Shown one piece after another: positions 15,543-18,383 of a stretch of 18,383 bases of DNA. The stretch is from an uncultured archaeon. Its GTDB lineage: Archaea; Asgardarchaeota; Heimdallarchaeia; Heimdallarchaeales; Heimdallarchaeaceae. The stretch is from positions 19,726-38,108 of the forward strand of contig CAZJUB010000021.1 of the NCBI GenBank assembly GCA_964549075.1, given 5' to 3'. A model generated the notes under the pieces. The model was not told where the DNA came from. It was given only the letters and a program-made list of their open reading frames with translations, and did no database searches. The translations under genes and the position numbers were made by a program. Positions within the stretch are counted from its first letter, which is position 1, and each line of letters begins with the position of its first letter.

Positions 15543-17249
15543 TTATTCATTAGTATCAGATCCTTCAATCTTTTCTTTTAATTCTTTTAATTCTGAATTC
15601 TTTGAAGTAATATCTGCTTTGATTTTATTAATCTGATTCTCAAGTTCTGCAATTTCCTTAGTTATTTTACCTACTTTTCTGATTTCTTCTTCTTTATCTG
15701 TATCTTTGATGAGTGCTTTTTGTATATCCAATTCTGCTTCAAGCTCCTTGTATAATACATCAAGCTGCTGATCTTTAAGTTCTAGCTCTTTTTGAGCTCT
15801 CTCTAAAGATTTTTTCTCTTCTTTCATTTTGTTTGACAAATCCACAAGATTTTCTTTATCCTTCTCCATACTCTTAGTATCAGACTCTATACAATCTAAA
15901 CAGTTATCAATATCTGCTTTGAGTTTTTCAATCTCTTTCTCGATTTTTTTGTTTTTCTTGTCATCTTTCTCTAAAGATAATTCTGTCTCAAACTCAGCAA
16001 TCTTTTGATTGTCTTTATCCATTTGCTCTTGAAGCTTGGTAATCTCTTTCAAATTGTTCTGAATATTATCTTCCAAATCTTCTATTTGTTTATCAATATC
16101 TTTGATTTTATCTTTGAGATCTTTGATTTCCTGATCTTTTTCTACAGATTTTTGTTTGGTCTCTTTAATTTGCTCATTAAGTTCTTTGATTTCTTCTTCA
16201 ATATTTGCAAGTCTATCTATATCTTTCTTAACATCAACTACATCTTGGATAGATTTTTCCTTTTTTTTCTTCTCTTCTAAATCTTTGTAGAGCTCTTTGA
16301 TTCGTTCCTCTTTCCTAATTTTATCAGTATTACACTTATCTAATCTCTGTTTATCTTCTTCTAATTTATCTTTTAGTTGAGATCGTTGTTCTGTTTTACT
16401 TTCAAGATCAGTTTTTTCTGTTTCCAAATCTCTTTGTAATTGTGTAATTTCCTTAGAAATCTCAGCTATTTTATCAGCTTCTCTTTCCTCAGCAGCTTTT
16501 TGTTCAAGATTGGTTTTTCTTTCTTCTCGATCAAGAATTCGTTTTTCCATGTCTTTTACATTAGATCTTTTCAATCTTAATTCTTGATTTAGTAAATCTA
16601 ATCTTCCTTCCTCAGAAGAAATTTTCTCTTCTAAACTTGAAATCTCTTCCTCTTTCATGTCTTTTTCATGTTCTGTAATCTCAATATCACTTGTAATCTC
16701 TTGGATATTTTTCGTGATTTTTTCAAAGTCTTTAAAATCATCAGATGAAGCTCCAAGTTTTATGTGTATCTGTCTTTGTTTCTCTAGTTTTTCCTCTAAA
16801 TGATCATATAGAGATTTTAGTTCTCGTTCCTTTGTTCTAATCTCTCTTTCAACCAGCTCTATCTGTCCGATATCTAGAAGTTTACCAATTTGAGCTATGT
16901 ATCTCCTAACTGAATCAATTTGAAGTTCTCCTTTTTCTAGGGTTTTCCTGAAGAAAAGAGCTAGATTAGCATTTTCACCTATTTTAATGATGAGAATATC
17001 GATATCATCTGTATCAAAAAGAAGTTGATTATATCCTTTGAAACCATAATTTGATAAATCATACAAATCACGTAATGTCGAAAGAACCTTAGAGAAATCT
17101 TCTCCAACTTTTGGGATGTTTACTGATTCTTCAAATTGCTCAAAAGTTGTCTGATAAACTGTCCCATCATTATAGAACATAACAATATGCTCAACTTCTG
17201 GGAGAGCTCTTCTGATTCTTTCCATTGTTTTCATAACCATTTTCTTCAC
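15543..17249 (-). CDS. Roadblock/LC7-like N-terminal domain fused to a long repetitive coiled coil
   Basis: aa 1-127 read as alpha-beta-beta-alpha-beta-beta-beta-alpha (LPEVEHIVMFYNDGTV ... QLLFDTDDIDILIIKIGENANLALFF). aa 130-568 are E/K-rich heptads with no Pro and no Walker motifs. GTG start 1 nt after the upstream stop; Met4 or Met6 are alternative starts. Confidence 0.8.
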   Translation of the reverse strand: MKKMVMKTMERIRRALPEVEHIVMFYNDGTVYQTTFEQFEESVNIPKVGEDFSKVLSTLRDLYDLSNYGFKGYNQLLFDTDDIDILIIKIGENANLALFFRKTLEKGELQIDSVRRYIAQIGKLLDIGQIELVEREIRTKERELKSLYDHLEEKLEKQRQIHIKLGASSDDFKDFEKITKNIQEITSDIEITEHEKDMKEEEISSLEEKISSEEGRLDLLNQELRLKRSNVKDMEKRILDREERKTNLEQKAAEEREADKIAEISKEITQLQRDLETEKTDLESKTEQRSQLKDKLEEDKQRLDKCNTDKIRKEERIKELYKDLEEKKKKEKSIQDVVDVKKDIDRLANIEEEIKELNEQIKETKQKSVEKDQEIKDLKDKIKDIDKQIEDLEDNIQNNLKEITKLQEQMDKDNQKIAEFETELSLEKDDKKNKKIEKEIEKLKADIDNCLDCIESDTKSMEKDKENLVDLSNKMKEEKKSLERAQKELELKDQQLDVLYKELEAELDIQKALIKDTDKEEEIRKVGKITKEIAELENQINKIKADITSKNSELKELKEKIEGSDTNE

Positions 17250-17250
17250 A

Positions 17251-18366
17251 TTAACCTATGACTATTGATCTAAACTTATTGATTGTTTTATTCAAGTATG
17301 ATTTTGTCTGTTCATTACCATACTTTGAAAATATAAAAACTATTCCAACTACTGCAATTATTACTAAACTGATAATTAAACCAATAAGATAAGTATTCTG
17401 AGAGAAGAAAGTAAAGTAGAGAGTAACTAGAATTAACTGCAGTATTGTTGTTGTGAATCCTATCTTCCAGAAAGTTTTGATTTTAACTGGACGATTATTC
17501 TGCTCAGCTATGTTTAAAACCAGAATATTGTCTCCTAGAGGTGTTAGATTGTCTCCCCAGTTCGCTCCAAATGCTAAAGCATAGAAATATTGATTTCCTT
17601 GTGACATAATACCCACAATAGGAATCAAGACCTTGGTAATTGGTATATTGTCTATTAATGAGCTTAGAAATGCAGAAATCCAAATTACTATTATAAGTTG
17701 AAATATTGGATTGCTACTCCCAATATTTTTTAGTGCATTTCCAATGATGTCGATAATACCTACTTCTTCTAATCCTCCAGCAACCACAAAAATACCTAGA
17801 AGATAAAGCAGTAGTTCCATATCAAATTTGTTCATTATATCTTTGGGTTCTACACCATTTAAAGAGCTGAAAATTGTAAGTATCATAGCAATAGCTAGTG
17901 CGATAATATCAGGAGTAATAGTTGGTGAATTTACTGTAACTAGTAAAACAATTAGTAAAATAAGGGATCCTATCGAAGCATAGAGTAATTTTTTATTTTG
18001 TACAAAGTTCCAAGGATTAAACTCTTCTAAAGACGTTACCATTCTTTTTCTTGGTTCTCTCAATTCTTGTCTATAAAGAAAAATGAAGAAACCAATTGTT
18101 ACTCCTGCCATGAGTAGAGAGAATAATCCTACATTCAGAAAGAATTGATTAAAAGATATAGGATTGTCTGTTGTAAGAGATTCTGTAACAATTAGAATAT
18201 TAGGTATGGATGAAATAGAGAAGAAGGTTCCACCTATGTTGACCATTACAGCTTCAGTGATGATATAAGGTGTCGGATCAATATTAAGAATACGCGATAT
18301 TGTAATTGTAATATTTATCAAAATCATAACATTCAGGATGTTGTTAATTAAAGCTGATAAGAAAAC
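17251..18366 (-). CDS. Ion-transporter (IT) superfamily permease, ArsB/NhaD/SLC13 (P-protein-like); N-terminus missing
   Basis: Motifs FLSALINN, NIGG...IPNILI, LLYLLGIFVVAGGLEEVG, SAFLSSLIDNIP and ALAFGANWGDNLTPLG, with multiple TMs. The frame stays open and family-like 13 codons upstream of the listed Met (18327), until TAA at 18367-18369. Confidence 0.88.
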   Translation of the reverse strand, partial: VFLSALINNILNVMILINITITISRILNIDPTPYIITEAVMVNIGGTFFSISSIPNILIVTESLTTDNPISFNQFFLNVGLFSLLMAGVTIGFFIFLYRQELREPRKRMVTSLEEFNPWNFVQNKKLLYASIGSLILLIVLLVTVNSPTITPDIIALAIAMILTIFSSLNGVEPKDIMNKFDMELLLYLLGIFVVAGGLEEVGIIDIIGNALKNIGSSNPIFQLIIVIWISAFLSSLIDNIPITKVLIPIVGIMSQGNQYFYALAFGANWGDNLTPLGDNILVLNIAEQNNRPVKIKTFWKIGFTTTILQLILVTLYFTFFSQNTYLIGLIISLVIIAVVGIVFIFSKYGNEQTKSYLNKTINKFRSIVIG

Positions 18367-18383
18367 TTAAAGTTCTCATAAAA

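Noticed and set aside
561-16280. Short antisense or overlapping ORFs in the track (561, 1496, 4471, 5169, 5418, 7557, 7797, 8489, 9570, 9890, 10576, 11757, 12530, 14347, 16005)
   Set aside because: All overlap longer genes with clear family motifs and show no motifs of their own; shadow ORFs.
15543-17249. SMC/Rad50 or myosin annotation for the coiled-coil protein
   Set aside because: No Walker A/B, signature, hinge or motor domain; the resemblance is compositional only.

Overview
AT-rich (roughly 30% GC by eye) archaeal window, most likely from an Asgard archaeon of the Heimdallarchaeia. This is an inference from the winged-helix regulator family, the fused double-FtsX permease, the DxDxD-repeat surface protein, a roadblock-like domain and TATA-type leaderless promoters. 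Left to right it holds: a truncated CocE/NonD hydrolase; a wHTH regulator with an upstream 9-2-9 palindrome; a divergent pair of orphan exported proteins; an unlisted 52-aa ORF; a two-gene type VII (MacB/FtsX-like) ABC system in which both permease and ATPase are internally doubled and carry extra domains; a tail-anchored dicluster ferredoxin; a HAD phosphatase; a 1216-aa single-pass surface protein (propeller, Ca-binding stalk, TM, six exact 14-aa cytoplasmic repeats); and an apparent operon of an ArsB/NhaD/SLC13-type permease with a roadblock-capped coiled-coil protein of about 86-aa periodicity. No rRNA, tRNA, CRISPR array or transposase was found. The best candidates for undescribed systems are the transporter plus roadblock-coiled-coil operon, the receptor-like adhesin and the fused ABC system.
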